From contig OZ024743.1 in NCBI GenBank assembly GCA_964016885.1, forward strand, positions 191,394,001 through 191,458,000: DNA of 64,000 nt. Reading direction: 5' to 3'. Under the pieces are notes generated by a model. The model was not told the DNA's origin. It was given only the letters and a program-made list of their open reading frames with translations, and made no database searches. A program made the position numbers and the translations under genes. Shown piece after piece: positions 1-13,400 of the stretch (position 1 is the first letter of the stretch; every line of letters starts with the position of its first letter). This stretch comes from Eledone cirrhosa. Lineage: Eukaryota.

Positions 1-3000
1 TCACATAGAATCGATTCTTCCACACCGAACACCACTGACACTACCACCATCTCCACCACAACTGAAACTAAAAATAACAATAACAACAACAGCAACAACA
101 ACAACAATGAGAATAACAACATCAACACCACCGCAAAACAAAATGTGGCGTTTGCCAAAGCAGCCAAGAAAAGCGAAACAATCGCGGTAAGCCAGGATGA
201 ATTAAATGAAGCCAAGAGAATGGTAAAAAAAATGGTACAGGGTCAGCCTCACCCACCTAATAAAATAGAGCATCAGCGCCTATGCACCGTGTCATATCGG
301 ACGATAAACACAAAATCACACCGAGTGGAACGGGCATCCGAGTCCTAAATACAAAAAGCTTTGGGACATGTGTCGTTGAAAAATACCCAGAACAGACGTG
401 GGCAGAAATATGGAACCGTAGACGTGTTCTTTGGAACACCACAGGTTGCCAGAGAGCACTCCATGGCCCCATTAATAACTGACAACTTCACACTCGTCCC
501 AAGCTATTGTGGTCAGAGACTAGTGAAGATCAGGGTGACCCGCGTTCCACCGGCCATCGAAATTCCCTGGCACATGACTGCCGTCCTCGTCAGCATCGAG
601 GCCAACACGAAAATATTTGAAGTAACAAAATAAAAGCAGGAGAACTGGTCCGGATCTGGGATGGGGCTCCTGATCCAAGCGGACCAAAACACATTGAGGA
701 AATTCCAGAGGTGATAGACCTCCCTGACGGCAGCCACCTAACCGTAATCGTTGAGGGTAGAAGCCTAGGTGTGTCGTTTGTGATGAAGGAACCCACCTAA
801 AGGCTTTCTGCCCTCAGGCTAAAAAGTTGAGGCCACTTTTCTTACCCACACCAGAGACTCAACCATCAGCACCACCAGCAGCAGAAATGGCAACAACAAC
901 TGCAGCAGCAACAACAGAAGCAACTGTAGCAGCAACAACCCCAGCAACGGTAGCAAAACCAACACCACCACCACTCACGGTGCTACAATTAGCACCAGCG
1001 ACTCCAGCATCCACCACGCCACAACCAAAACCAACGCATGTGGAGGATTTTCCACTCCCCGGCTTATCGCAACTGGAGACAGATTGTGACGAGGAGGAGT
1101 GGGAAACTGTATCAGAAAAAAAGAAAAAAGGAAAAGAACCCAAAAAAGAAAAAATCCCCTTCCTTCCCCCTCCAAAAAGAAAATGCAAGAGCAAACAAAT
1201 AAACAAACAAACAAAAAAGTTAAGACAGCTATGCCACCATCCACACCAGCATCACCAACCCCATCACCACAAACACCAACACCATCACCATCATTAACCC
1301 CAAAACCATCATCACCAACACCACAAAAGTCACCAAAAAGCGAAACAGAAACAATCCCACAACAAACACAAACAAAACAAAACAACCAAAACAATTCACA
1401 CTACACAGCATTAAATTTGAACAAAAACCAATTACTACACTACATCCAACACAACACCAGCATCACAGAAAAAAGACTACACAAGACCCCAAAAATTCAC
1501 ACCACTTCCACACATACAAATCACTCGCATCACACCGAAAACGTACACGACACTAAAACAAAAATTCCCCAAAGACATCGGAGACTTCCAACAAACACTC
1601 TCCAGGAGGATTTTTAAGGACATCCTTCCGGAGGAGGCCACAAGCAGTGAGAAGGATGGAAAAACCATCCTACCCCTACGATAAGTGAGGAAAGTGATTT
1701 TTCCCATCTTTTCCACTCCTTTCAACATGACCTCACTCAAAATAGGCAGCATAAATGCGCGTGGCTTGGGGTCGTCATGGAAGCAGGGCCACCTGCTCAA
1801 CGACCTTAGGTCACTAAACATAGATGTGGTGGCCATCAGCGAGACCAGAATCTCCGAAGCACGGGCCTTTGCACCGATCAACGGCGGCTACGATGTGTAC
1901 GCATCTCCCAGCCGTCCGGGATCGGGGGGGGGGGGGAAGTTGCTGTGCTTTTTCGGAGAGATTTGGAACTCGCCATACGGGCGAGTAAGTTGGTGGTGCT
2001 GGACGTGACCACCGGAGACGGGCAAGCTTTCAGGCTAGTGGCTGTCTATGCCCCGACAGGAGCAGGGCTGCTTGATTTCTTCTGGCGTTTGGAGACGTTT
2101 CTTGGAACGTCTCACTCTTTAGTATTAGTGGGCGACTGGAACGGGATCTGAGATGCATGCTGGGACTGTGTGGGATTAACGGATAGGGGAGGAGGGTTCA
2201 AGAGCCTCACCAACCTGCTCAGGCGTTTTGAACTGTCTGACAGGTACCGATTGGATTTCCCGATTGTGTCAATGTGGACTTGGACAAACCGCATCGGGTC
2301 ATCCAGATCATATCTAAATAGAGTATTTTGTAGGGAAATAGATAGGTCTAGCATAGGCTGTCCACAATACAAGATAGTCAGCTACACGGACCACGAATTC
2401 GTGTTCTGTGTAGTTGACTTAGATAGGCTTCATAGACAGGGACCCGGGTACTGGAAGCTAAACGCGTCACTAATAGTGCGCCAGGCCTACAGAGACCGGA
2501 TTAGAGAACTAGTAAAGCGGCCGTTGACAGGGGCTATCGTCAACAACAAATTGAGGTTTGCTCTGAAAAGAGCGATTAGAATAGAGTCCATTAGGTTTAG
2601 TAAGGCTTTAGCAATAGAGAAAAATAGAGCAGAGGGAGAACTAGTTAGAAAATTAGACGAGGCGCTTAGCAAAAGCATCGCGACCGACATACTTGCGGCA
2701 AAATTGTCCCTTGACCAATTCTTCAATGCAAAGCACGAAAGATGCGTTGTCAGAGCTAGGGTGCGTGCTCTCAGACACGAGGGGACGAAAGCCGTTAAAT
2801 GGGCCCGAGTGGCGGAGGCGCTTGTGGAAACAAAGCCACGATCCGGTCTTTGGTGGACCACGACGGGCGCATGCTACTCGATCCCGGGCAAATGAGTGAA
2901 GCTTTTCAGCGACACTTCGCTCAGCTGTTCGGGGGCAGCGGCTGGCAGAATCGAGGGATAGACTTTAGTGTCTACCTCGACGGACTGCCGCGGCTCTCGG

Positions 3001-5216
3001 CCACTGAGGCGGGGTGTTGCGAAAAGCCGATAACAGCCGCTGAAGTACGGGAGGCGAAACTGGCTGCACAAGGGGTAAATGGCCTGGTTTGGATTGTCTG
3101 CCCTATGAACTTTACGTACAGATGCCAGACTTGTTCGGAGGCCTCTTGGCGGACGTCTACTGCAACTGGCAACAGAACGGGAGAATTCCCAGCTCTGTGA
3201 GCCGAGGAGCGATGGTGCTGCTGAGAAAGGATCCGAACAAGGGGGATAACATAGATAATTTCAGGCCCATAACTCTGCTAAACACAGAGTTCAAGATTTT
3301 GGCCAAGGTGCTAGCAAGGAGGTTTGCGCTTGTCGTTGGTGGTCTGGTAGGATAAGCGCAGCATGCTCCATTCCAGACAGATCCATCCACGACAACCTCC
3401 ACCTCATGCGATACATCGTATAGAGGGTAGCTAGGGAACCTGTCACGTGTGGGTCCTTGATCAATTTAGATCGGTCGAAAGCTTTCGATAGGGTCGATCA
3501 TCGTTATCTGGCGGCAGTCCTGAGGGCGGCTGGCTTTGGGCCCGTCTTCAGAGGCTGGATCGCTACCATGCACAGCGACATCTGCTATGTGGTGAGTGTG
3601 AACGGTCACCTTTCGGAACCGTTCAACATCATGCGCTTGGTCTGCCAAGTATGTCCCCTCTCGTCCCTCTTGTACGTATTGACTCTCGAGCCATTAATTC
3701 ACATTAATGGAGACGCTGAGGAAGGTCGCGCGCGAACTAGAATGCGGTAGATCCATGTCAGCATATTCGGACGATGTCACCGTAGTGGTGTCGAACACCA
3801 AACACATCGAGGCGATCGGTACTACACTAAGAGATTACGAAGCGGTGACAGGAGCAATGATCAACCAGGAAAAGTCGGTGGGTCTGCAGATCGGCACCTG
3901 GAGAAGCAGGTCCATGCCGTCCAACAGCGTCGCCAGGCGCTGGACGGACGGACCGGTTAAATTGCTAGGGGTCAGGTTCGGTCCTGACCTCCAGACGGAC
4001 AAAAACTGGGACGAGTTGACGAGCAGGGTGGCTTCCTTCACCCAGCAATGGCCGGAGAGGAAGCTATCCCTGAAAGGTCGAGCGGAGGTGGCTAACACGT
4101 ACATCGCGTACGTCATCTACTACCGCTTGACCGTCGTACCTTGTCCTAAGCCTCGCCTGACTGCGCTGGAGCGTTTGCTCTTTCGCCTCTTGTGGAAGGG
4201 ACGCGCTCCGATGGTCAGGCGGTCCATCTGCTGTCAACACCCGCTACGTGGAGGGCTGGGCATGCCGTGGCTGATGATGCGCAGACACGCGCTCAGGCTA
4301 CGACATCCACCACCTCTCCCTCGACGGTGATCAGGTTTGGTCGCCGTTTGCTAGACGCGTCTTTTCCCAGCTCGTCTCCTTGACGGAGCTGCAGTCCTGG
4401 GTCAAGTGAAGACCGAGAGGGAGCGCTTGGAGACTGGAATGTCTTCAGGCGCTCACGGCCCTCGACCAATCGTCGGGCAATGTTATCGGTGGAAACTCCA
4501 CCTTGGCGTTCTATAGAGGATTAGTGGAGGGGAAGAAAGAGCGACGACGTTCTTGGGGGAAACTCTAGGCGTCGACGAAAATCAACTAGCCAATCTCTTC
4601 GGAAGAACTTTCGGGCCGGGGCCTATGGACAATTTCCAGAAATCCCTGGCCATGGCAGTGCTACCGAGGAGCCTTGCCAGTTCAGGATAAAGGCATGGAG
4701 GTACCGTCAGCCGGGCATGTCCGAGATGCGCGCTGGGCGACGAAACCGTCCTGCTCGCACTCGTCCAGTGTCAGAGCATTGCTGACTTGTGGGTTTATGT
4801 CGAACACCTGCTGTCGCGTGTAGACCGGATCCGGCTATCAACTGAGTCCATCGTGAGGATTGCCCCGCCCTCGTCCTTTAGCCGGGTGGGCAGGCAATTT
4901 TTATCTGTCTGGTAGCCATGGCGAAAGAGATAGTATGGTGGACACGTTTGAAAGGGCTGAAGACGAGCACTTACCTCTTCGGTGATGCCCTGATTAACTT
5001 TTTCCAATTTCATTTGAAAAGGAAAATCAGGGTAGAGAAGGAAGTGCTCTCTTCCCACCATTTTGTTGAAAGATGGGTGAGAGAGGCAGAATGCCCCGTG
5101 TGAATGGGCCTACTCTGAGTATGTACCTGTAAATTGAAGGTTGAAAACTGGGAGAGGGCACTTGCCCTGGTGGTCAGGGTCACTGTGGCTTTTTTTTTAA
5201 TGGGCTTTCTCCACGA
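1..5216 (+). mobile_element. Tx1/L1-clade non-LTR retrotransposon, copy 1. The 5' end lies outside the window, the ORFs are disrupted, and the 3' UTR is cut short and joined to a SINE tail.
   Basis: Collinear with the copy at 21130-26821. ORF1 remnants carry a C-x2-C-x4-H-x4-C knuckle near 770-810. ORF2 has APE motifs (IGSINARGL, AISETR, VAVYAP, VGDWNG, YTDH), RT motifs (FRPITLLN, KAFDRVDH, YSDD) and a C-terminal Cys/His motif. Confidence 0.93.
1727..5132 (+). pseudogene. Tx1 ORF2 (APE endonuclease-RT-zinc finger) with multiple frameshifts and stops
   Basis: ATG at 1727 (MTSLKIGSINARGL). The ORF-track pieces 1685-2008, 1945-2151, 2170-2895, 3089-3355, 3457-3750, 3707-4330 and 4918-5103 tile one polyprotein, with the stop at 5130-5132. 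Confidence 0.9.
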
Positions 5217-5296
5217 ATACCAGTCACGCACAGGAGTTGATTTAATCGACTTTCCCTGCCCCAAAATTGCTGCCTATGTAAGAAACCATTATTATT
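5217..5296 (+). mobile_element. 3' portion of the tRNA-derived SINE fused directly to the Tx1 3' UTR
   Basis: taccagtcacgcac...gatttaatcgactttccc...aagaaacc-attattatt matches the 3' half of the SINE at 54473-54688. Confidence 0.85.
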
Positions 5297-5770
5297 CGCA
5301 TAATCGAAAATATGAAACTTATGAGGCAAAATTTTTGAATTTGAATTTTATATTATTTATTCCTTCTGAAAAATTCCTCATTTTACACCTTAGAAATAAT
5401 TACTTTGCTATCTATCGAATATTCTTTTTTCCTCTTTTTCTCAAACGTTTTACCTCCCATTTTCTTCTATATTCACTACATATTATTCCATAAATATTTA
5501 TGAGATACACTAGCTACGTCATTTTATATACGAAATTATTAATTTTTTTATTTTATTTTGCTTTGTTTTTTACTACAGCTATCGTTACTTTTATCAAAAT
5601 GTGGACATTTGTTGTAACGTCACTAAACAACATATATCTACACTTCCGTTCTGTTATATATATATATATATTTATCTTATTTTCTTTTACTTATATCTAG
5701 TGCAACAGATACAGACTTGCACATAAATGAACATGCAAAACTTAGAAATCTATTTTTTTTTAGTAATAAA

Positions 5771-5936
5771 AAGATGGCGTCGGTTATGTCTGATTTACAA
5801 CACTATTATCTTTCCAACGATAGATGCGCTTTAACAGCAAAAACTTTTTACTGAATTTACTTTCCCCTTTCCTCTCTCTCTCTCTCATTATATATATATA
5901 TACATATATATATATATTTATTTATTTATTTATTTT

Positions 5937-5975
<39 letters not shown>

Positions 5976-6510
5976 TCTTTCTCGCTTTCTCCGGGGCATT
6001 AAGACTGTCTTTCATACCATATTTTTGTCTTCAAACATTTTTTTATTCCACGTAATTCCATTGCTATCCAAAATTAACTGTAGGCTAGCTGAAAGCATTC
6101 CATTTCATCATACTTGCAAATAAAGCAACGGTCGTAGCTTGCTTTTATTGAAATTGTTGCCGTTACAGGCACTCCAGTCGCTGCAATATGATCTGATCCT
6201 ATTTTACTTGTTGTTCCTAAAGCTATTACCCTCACCCTTTCATTCTATGGTATTTTGTTTTAACCTCATATCAGCTCTGATTGATCAGACATATGATTGA
6301 ATAAAGTTTTGTAGTAAGGTTTCGAGATTGCACGTGAATGACGCTGGTTAGGGAAATATTACAAGATGGCGTCGGTTATGTCTGATTTACAACACTATTA
6401 TCTTTAAAACGATAGATGCGCTTTTATAGCAAAAACTTTTATTGATTTTAGCCTCCTCTTTCCACTCTATCTATCTATCTATCTATTTATCTTTCTCGCT
6501 TTCTCTGGGA
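5771..6510 (+). repeat. Local direct repeat, units about 5771-5995 and 6363-6510
   Basis: Both units begin aagatggcgtcggttatgtctgatttacaacactattatcttt and end atctttctcgctttct, with different internal microsatellites. Confidence 0.8.
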
Positions 6511-6613
6511 CAATACACTGAAGCATGACACTATATCATTTAAGCATGATACTATAATAGTATCATGTTACTATATCATTGAAGCATGATACTATAATAG
6601 CAACAGACAAACA

Positions 6614-6713
6614 CAGGGATCCACCAAAAAATGTATATACACCTCAACAGCATTCTAATAAATATTGCCTGTACAGTAATCAAAGTGTGTATACATTTGG
6701 GGGGTACACCCTG
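6614..6713. mobile_element. About 100-bp Tc1/mariner-type MITE
   Basis: Imperfect ~28-bp TIRs cagggatccaccaaaaaatgtatatacac / gtgtgtatacatttggggggtacaccctg, followed by TA on the right. Confidence 0.65.
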
Positions 6714-8698
6714 TATATTCATCTTGGATAGTGGGTAAACATTGTTATACACCCATAGAGAGGAATTAAAAGGCGAATCATAAAGATTGTGAAAGATATA
6801 TCGGGAAAAGCTATAAGCTTCCTCGTATATATTGACAAATTTTTCTAGTGTCCTCAATTTCTGGTTCCTTACTAAAATTATCGTATTCTCATTTAATGTA
6901 ATTTAAGCAGCATCAGCACCATAAAAACGTTATAGATAAAGAGATTTTATAATATTGTTTTTAGTTTGCACTGAACTAATTAATTTACTTCTCCGGTGTA
7001 AAAGTTTAAAGGAATATGACACTTTTTCATTTTCTGTAACCTCTTCCCTGCCTAGACTTTCTATGTCCGTTGACAGTAGAAATCATAAATATACTATGTG
7101 TGCAGCCAGCTAAGTAAAAATAACATCAACCTTCCACACATCAACCTTCCATACATTAATGATTATTTTAATCAAATTTGAGCTGAATGATCTGGTGCTT
7201 CAGACAGTTGCAAATATGCGAAGAAAATGGAGAAACTTTCTAAGATTCCACTCTAGTCTCTACAGATACTAAATAGCGGAATATCCCTAGCAAGGCCACC
7301 AGTAGTCTGAGAACGTTTGACCGAACATTTGTATGAAGATATAAATAGTCACTATAATCAGGGCATTGTTGTTGCTTACAAAGACATCCTAGACTACTTA
7401 CAGAGAAAGCCACTTGGCTAATTAACATAGAGTCAACCACGGACATTCGCCACTCTCTGCATCACAGACATGCTAACTCCTCTTTCTCTCTCTGCATTTT
7501 CATCCACTACTACGATGGTCTGTTCTCCTCGTGGCTGGTTTCATGTCATGTGCTGATTGTTAAAATCTGTTTTTCCTGTTGATGATTTAAAGACAAAATT
7601 TCTATATATGCCTTTTATCAATATATGAAACATCTTAAGTTCTACAAACAGTCTCACTTTAAACATATCTAGACCTTTGAAAAAGATTTTCTCAATTGAA
7701 TGACCATTTTCCCCAGTCAAGAGTTATGCTTAAGTTTAGCAGCTCTCGGTAGAGTTTAGGCAGACTGCAACAAAGGGATTATCTTGCTCTGTTATCCACA
7801 AATCTTTTACTTTTACATACTCACATTGTATTTGCGTTTTTTTTTTTCACGTAAGTTTTTCGTGGAAAATGATGTATACTAATCTAAAAAAAACTCATTC
7901 TCTCAAGATTTGTTGGTGATGTGAGTTCCTTTGTAAAATCTCCAAGCTTTCTTCTAAGTGCGATTTCATGTCTTTTTGTGAGAGATAAATCTAAACGTAA
8001 TTTCCTTTTCTCTTATTACCTTGAATAATTATTTGGGAGTGTTATTACTTGCTATTTACCAAGATATGACTGTACCTATTCCATTCCAGGCCATTATGTT
8101 GAAATGTAAGCATATCAGCCCACACGCTGCTAAAGCAAACGTGTTTCTGCGCCTTTATTGTTCTTTACTATAAATATTCTTCTTGTCCTTGTTGCTTATT
8201 CCTCCAATAGTGTTGTTTTCGCTGTTGTTGTTGTTGCAAGCATACTCACACAATCTAGATACTGTCTATTGTATATTTTTCTTTAAAATGTTATTGCAGT
8301 CGTTCATCTATGTGTAGTTGTCAGTATTGCTATTAATGTTAGAATTATTGCAGTTATTCAGGCAATTATTCCCAATACACAATTGATATGTACTTTTTAT
8401 TCCCAACTATCGAAGGAGGAAGTTGGATGCCAGTACTATAGGAAACATCTGCAACCATATCCAACGCATCTACGCTGAAAGTGTTTCTGATTTCACGGTA
8501 GAAAGACATAACAAATAACAAAATTTCTTCCCTCAATGGAGAATATATATAACAATTTAACTCTTCCCTTATATAATAACAATAAAATACATGTAACAAA
8601 TCTAAATTGCGTCAGGGAAACAAACATTACAAGACCAGATGGTGGTGTTTCGGTAGATGTTTATATGCAATAAAATCCGACAATAATAATAATAATAA

Positions 8699-8800
8699 TT
8701 GTTTCTACTTTAGGCACAAGGCCAGCAATTACCCAGTACATTACTGGTACTTTATTTTATCGACCCCGTAAGGATGAAAGGCAAAGTTAACCTCGGCGGG
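8699..8800 (-). mobile_element. tRNA-derived SINE, 5'-truncated, ending in an (ATT)n tract
   Basis: Reverse complement of the SINE body and tail, flanked by (AAT)n at 8682-8699 and 8801-8818. Confidence 0.85.
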
Positions 8801-8817
8801 AATAATAATAATAATAA

Positions 8818-8950
8818 TGATTCTTAACATAGTGCCAAACGTTTGGTGGTGAGAGAGAAGTCGATTTTAGCGATACCAGTTCATGACTGGTACTTAATTT
8901 TATTGGCCCAGGAAAGAGGAAATGTGAAATTGCACTAGGCTGGATTTGAA
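8818..8950 (-). mobile_element. Older, diverged copy of the same SINE superfamily
   Basis: Degenerate gtcgattttagcga...ccagt..actggtacttaattttattg...gatttgaa, with the tail in (AAT)n. Confidence 0.6.
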
Positions 8951-8997
8951 TATTTGTCTTTATCTTCATTTAAATATAAATATATATATATATATTT

Positions 8998-9129
8998 CCT
9001 TTTCTTCTTCCTATTACTACTTTATTACCATGTATGTTTGTTATCTAGTATCTAATATATATATATATATATTAGATACTAGATAACAAACATACATGGT
9101 AATAGAGTAGTAATAGGAAGAAGAAAAGG
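8998..9129. repeat. 132-bp near-perfect palindrome centred on (AT)9
   Basis: The arms are reverse complements except for one T/G pair (9022/9105). The centre 9055-9072 is itself self-complementary. Confidence 0.92.
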
Positions 9130-9351
9130 TAATAAAAATACAACAAATGAGATCGGGTGTAACTAACAAGCACCATGAGGCACTCGCAAAAGAGTATACT
9201 GCACAAACGAGAAAAAACACACCTGAACACATCGTGGTGCAGTAGAAGCTTAAATGAACATGCTCTGAATGCTACGAAATCCCTGCATATTACAGATCCA
9301 CGGATAACAAAAATACGAGATGCAAATAAACAAGTAGAATTTTATCGAATA

Positions 9352-10285
9352 CTAGCAGTGGTACCCGGCGTTGCACGGAATAAGGCATTTTTGAACGCGG
9401 GCCACCAACAGACCTAATCGTGTAAAAACTTCATGCCTGGATAATAATTAAAGAAAATAAACCGAATACTCTGATGGCTGGATAATCTTTAAGATTTTTC
9501 TCGATGAAGCAGGAAAAATGCAGGTTTTCACCTAATGAAGGCCCTAGCGGATCAAGAAAATGAATTTTTTTATGTGCATAATATGCCTTTAAATTTCAGG
9601 AAAACCGACTGGACGTAACGCCTCCAAAAAGCCCTAAGAAGCTGAAAAAATGAAGTGTTTCACCTAATCCAGGCCCTAGGCCATAAGAAAGTTGGATTTT
9701 CTTTGCTTACGGTATGAAGAAGAGACTGACTAATACATAGTTACAATTTCAAGGAAATCGGTCTGACGTAACGCCTCAAAAAAACCCTAAAAATTTTTAA
9801 AAACGCAATTTTCATCTAATGCGGGCCCCAGGTGATAAAATAAAGTTGAATTTTGTACGTGGATATCACTCCGTGAAACATAAGTAATACACATGTAAAG
9901 TTTGAAAAAAATCGGTTGCGTACTTCTCGAGTTTTAGGGATTCAAACTCACAGACACACACACACGCACACACACAGACATCCACAAGGAAGTGACGTAA
10001 TGCAGACAGCCAGACATACAGACAGATATTATAAGGGCCCGACGTTATATGTATTTATCTATCTAAAAAGAGAAAGACTAAGAATTATAGAGCGAGATCG
10101 CTAAATCGCATAATGCGGTCCCTAGGGCATTGAAAATTTGAATTGTTTTTTTTGCTCAGAACACTCTCTGAAACATAAGTATTACATGTTTAAAGATTGA
10201 AAACAGTCGGTTGGGTGGTTCTCGAGTTTTAGGGATTCGAACTCACACACACACTGACAGACATCCTCAGTTTTATATATATAAA
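9352..10285 (-). mobile_element. Non-autonomous Helitron with internal ~140-bp subrepeats
   Basis: On the minus strand the 5' end reads T(T)TATATATATAAAA (TC start mutated) after a host A. The 3' end reads ...ccgtgcaacgccgggtaccactgCTAG before a host T, with a GC-rich subterminal hairpin. The motif ttttcacctaat..ggccct recurs at ~9525, 9658, 9809 and 10107. Confidence 0.75.
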
Positions 10286-10369
10286 TTACACGAACTGCGA
10301 CTGCTATACTCAATATGCATACTACTCAATAAAATATTATAAGAACAAAGTCATACGTAGATATATATA

Positions 10370-10420
10370 TACATACATGCATGCATACATACATACATAC
10401 ATACATACATACATACATAC
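10370..10420. repeat. (TACA)n microsatellite, 5' flank of R4 family A
   Basis: Direct reading. Confidence 0.95.
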
Positions 10421-13400
10421 ACAAGTCTCCTTCGACCAAATCGCAATTACAACCGTTGTATACAGTGGAGCTACGAGCTTAACAAAGAATTATATGAAGC
10501 ATACAAACAATCTGAACCCCAAAAGTTCGGTTTTATGCAAAGGCTAAAAACTTTATGGAACTCCAAACACCCAGAATTAGACTTTTCTCCAAAGCATCTA
10601 AATGAACAGGCAAAACGTATCATTAGATGTAAATTGATACATCTAACGGAATCGAGTGATACTACAAATACAGCCCTTGTAGACAACCACCCCACCTCCA
10701 CTGACAGACAAAGAGAATGGCCGGCTAAATCTAACAGTGAACAGCTCACCAACAATTTTGCTGAAATCCATCCCACTTCCACTGAAGAACAGCGAGAAAG
10801 GTCAGCTGACTCTAGTAGTAATTGTCACCACATCAACAACGAGGCTGCAATTCATGACTCTACTGAACAAACAGAGCACCAAAAACTTGTGGGCACCCTA
10901 CAAGTGATATGGAACGATATGTTTCAAGAGATACACAGCCTTAATGTGAGTGACAGACCATACAACACTAGAGTCAGTAAAGAACCCACTAAATTGGAAT
11001 TGGAAGCGGTGAACGAAATAGCTGGCAATTATCTGAAGGCTATACGATCTAAAGGTGTAGAAACGACATTTGAAACGCTCAATGTTTTGTTATATGTTTC
11101 AGCTGTCACATTGCTATCATATAACACACATCTAAAACCACGCAATCAAGATACAAACAGAAAGCCTGAACCAGCGTGGATGCGAAATTTAAAAACCAAA
11201 ATTTTGTCCCTGAGACGAAGTATCTCACACATCGCAGTCGTTATGAAATGCAACATAGAGAGAAACTTCACACGACACCAGGAAGACCTAAAGAAAAAGG
11301 TAGAGAGACGATTTGGAGATACCAAATTTAAAACTTTGAACTCCAAATTACACCAGTTGAAACAACAACTCACAGCTACAACAGAAAGACTAAAATATAA
11401 GTCAACAGCCCATAAACGACAAGTGCTAAATAGATTGTTTGCCAGAGATCCTAAATCAGTTTATCGCAGCTTCGGTGGCAAAAGCTCAATCCCTGTAAAC
11501 GACACCCCTTCAAAAGAACAGGTTGAGAACTACTGGAGATCTGTATGGGAAACGGATGACGGATTCAACAGACAAGCTAATTGGCTAAAACAACTGGAAC
11601 AGGACTACTGCCAACATGTCCAGACAAAACAATATGACATAGATGGGTCAATACTGGAAACAGCTCTACAGAAAATGTCGAATAGGAAATCGCCAGGCCC
11701 AGACCTCATTACAGGATACTGGTTGAAGAATTTCACTTTCTATCGGCAAGATCTCATACGGCTGTTTACAGAAACCATTAAGGGCACACAAGAACTGCCC
11801 AGATGGTTATCAACTGCCACTACTCTCCTCATTCCCAAAAATAGCCAAACCACCCTTGCTAAAAATTACCTCCCAATTGCCTGCCAAAACATCATGTATA
11901 AATTATATACTGGGTGCCTTAACCTGTTCTTACAGGATCACTGTGCTACCAACAACATCATAACACCTGAGCAAGCTGGTGGAAAGAGGGAGGTGTGGGG
12001 TTGCATAGATCACCTACTAACTAACAAAATGATTCAGGAAAAAACAACAAAGAATCGCAGAAACATGACTGTCGTGTGGCTGGACTATCAAAAAGCATTT
12101 GATAGTGTACCTCATGGGTGGATTATTAAGGCTTTACAGTTAGCTAAAGTCCCACAACCATTAGTAGCTGCTGTTGAACGCCTGACCAAGAACTGGTACA
12201 CCAATTTGATCCTTAGAGGTGAGAAGGAGCAGGTTAAGACTGATAGGATACATTACCAGAAGGGCATCTTTCAGGGTGATAGCTTGTCAGTACTACTCTT
12301 CGTTCTCTCACTGAATCCACTATCTTACCTACTCAGGAAACAAGGTGGACAAAGAAGTGGGCCCAGAAGTATCTCCCATCTTTTCTTTGTTGATGACCTG
12401 AAGTTGTATGGGCCAAATATCAATGACATCAAGAAACAATTGGACCTCATTACACAATTTTCAACCGACATCAAAATGAAATTTGGTGAGTCCAAGTGTG
12501 CATATTTGGCAGTAAAACGTGGAAGAGCTGTGCCCTCCTCTAGAAATCTAGATATGAACGGCCTGACAATACAACCTCTGCAGTCAGGTGACAACTACAG
12601 ATATCTTGGACAGGATGAGAATGTCAGATATGATGGACCCATAAATAAGGAGAGAACCAGAACTGAATACCTCAGAAGAGTAAAAAAAATATGGTCATCA
12701 GAACTGTCAGCATACAACAAATACATTGCCCACAATACCTATGCTGTGCCAATTATAACGCCAACATTTGGCCTACTGAACTGGTCATTGCAAGAACTAA
12801 GTGAGATGGATGTTAGAACTCGTAAACTTCTCAGTGTTACTGGGAACTTTAACATCAATGGTGATGTGGATAGGCTATACTTCTCACGCAAGGAAGGTGG
12901 CCGGGGTCTAAAATCAATATTAACAACATATGAGACCCGGATAGTAACACTGAAGCAACACCTTCAACAGAGGAAAAAGGTTGGCGACCATCTTGCTCAG
13001 GTTTATGAGCATGAAAAAAGAAATATCATTAGAATAGCGACTGATCTGGAGGAGAGATATGGAATAAAGCCTGATATAAATCTCTCACCCAGAGAAATCG
13101 GAAGATCCTATTCAATGTTCAAACAAGAAAAAAAAAATTGACCAATTTACAGATAAAGTTGTGCATGGATACTTGAGGCGTAAAACACAGACCATAGAGG
13201 GGATAAACCACTCAAAAAGCCTGGCATGGAGTTCCGACAAGTTTATGACATCACACCTTGAGGGATATCTCTATGCAATACAGGAACAAGAACTCCCTAC
13301 CAAATATCTGCTGCACAAAAGAGGAGGGCCAGCAGCTGACAATAAATGTAGGCTATGTAAAACAAAGATCGAGGATGTAAGCCACATTGTTGCCAGCTGC

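Noticed and set aside
6515-6603. Short repeated units resembling a CRISPR-like array
   Set aside because: An irregular local tandem/palindromic repeat in eukaryotic DNA, with no unique spacers or cas genes.
7180-8240. Possible decayed LINE on the minus strand
   Set aside because: Only vague motif hints; too degenerate to classify. The same applies to 29560-29960 and 50176-50421.
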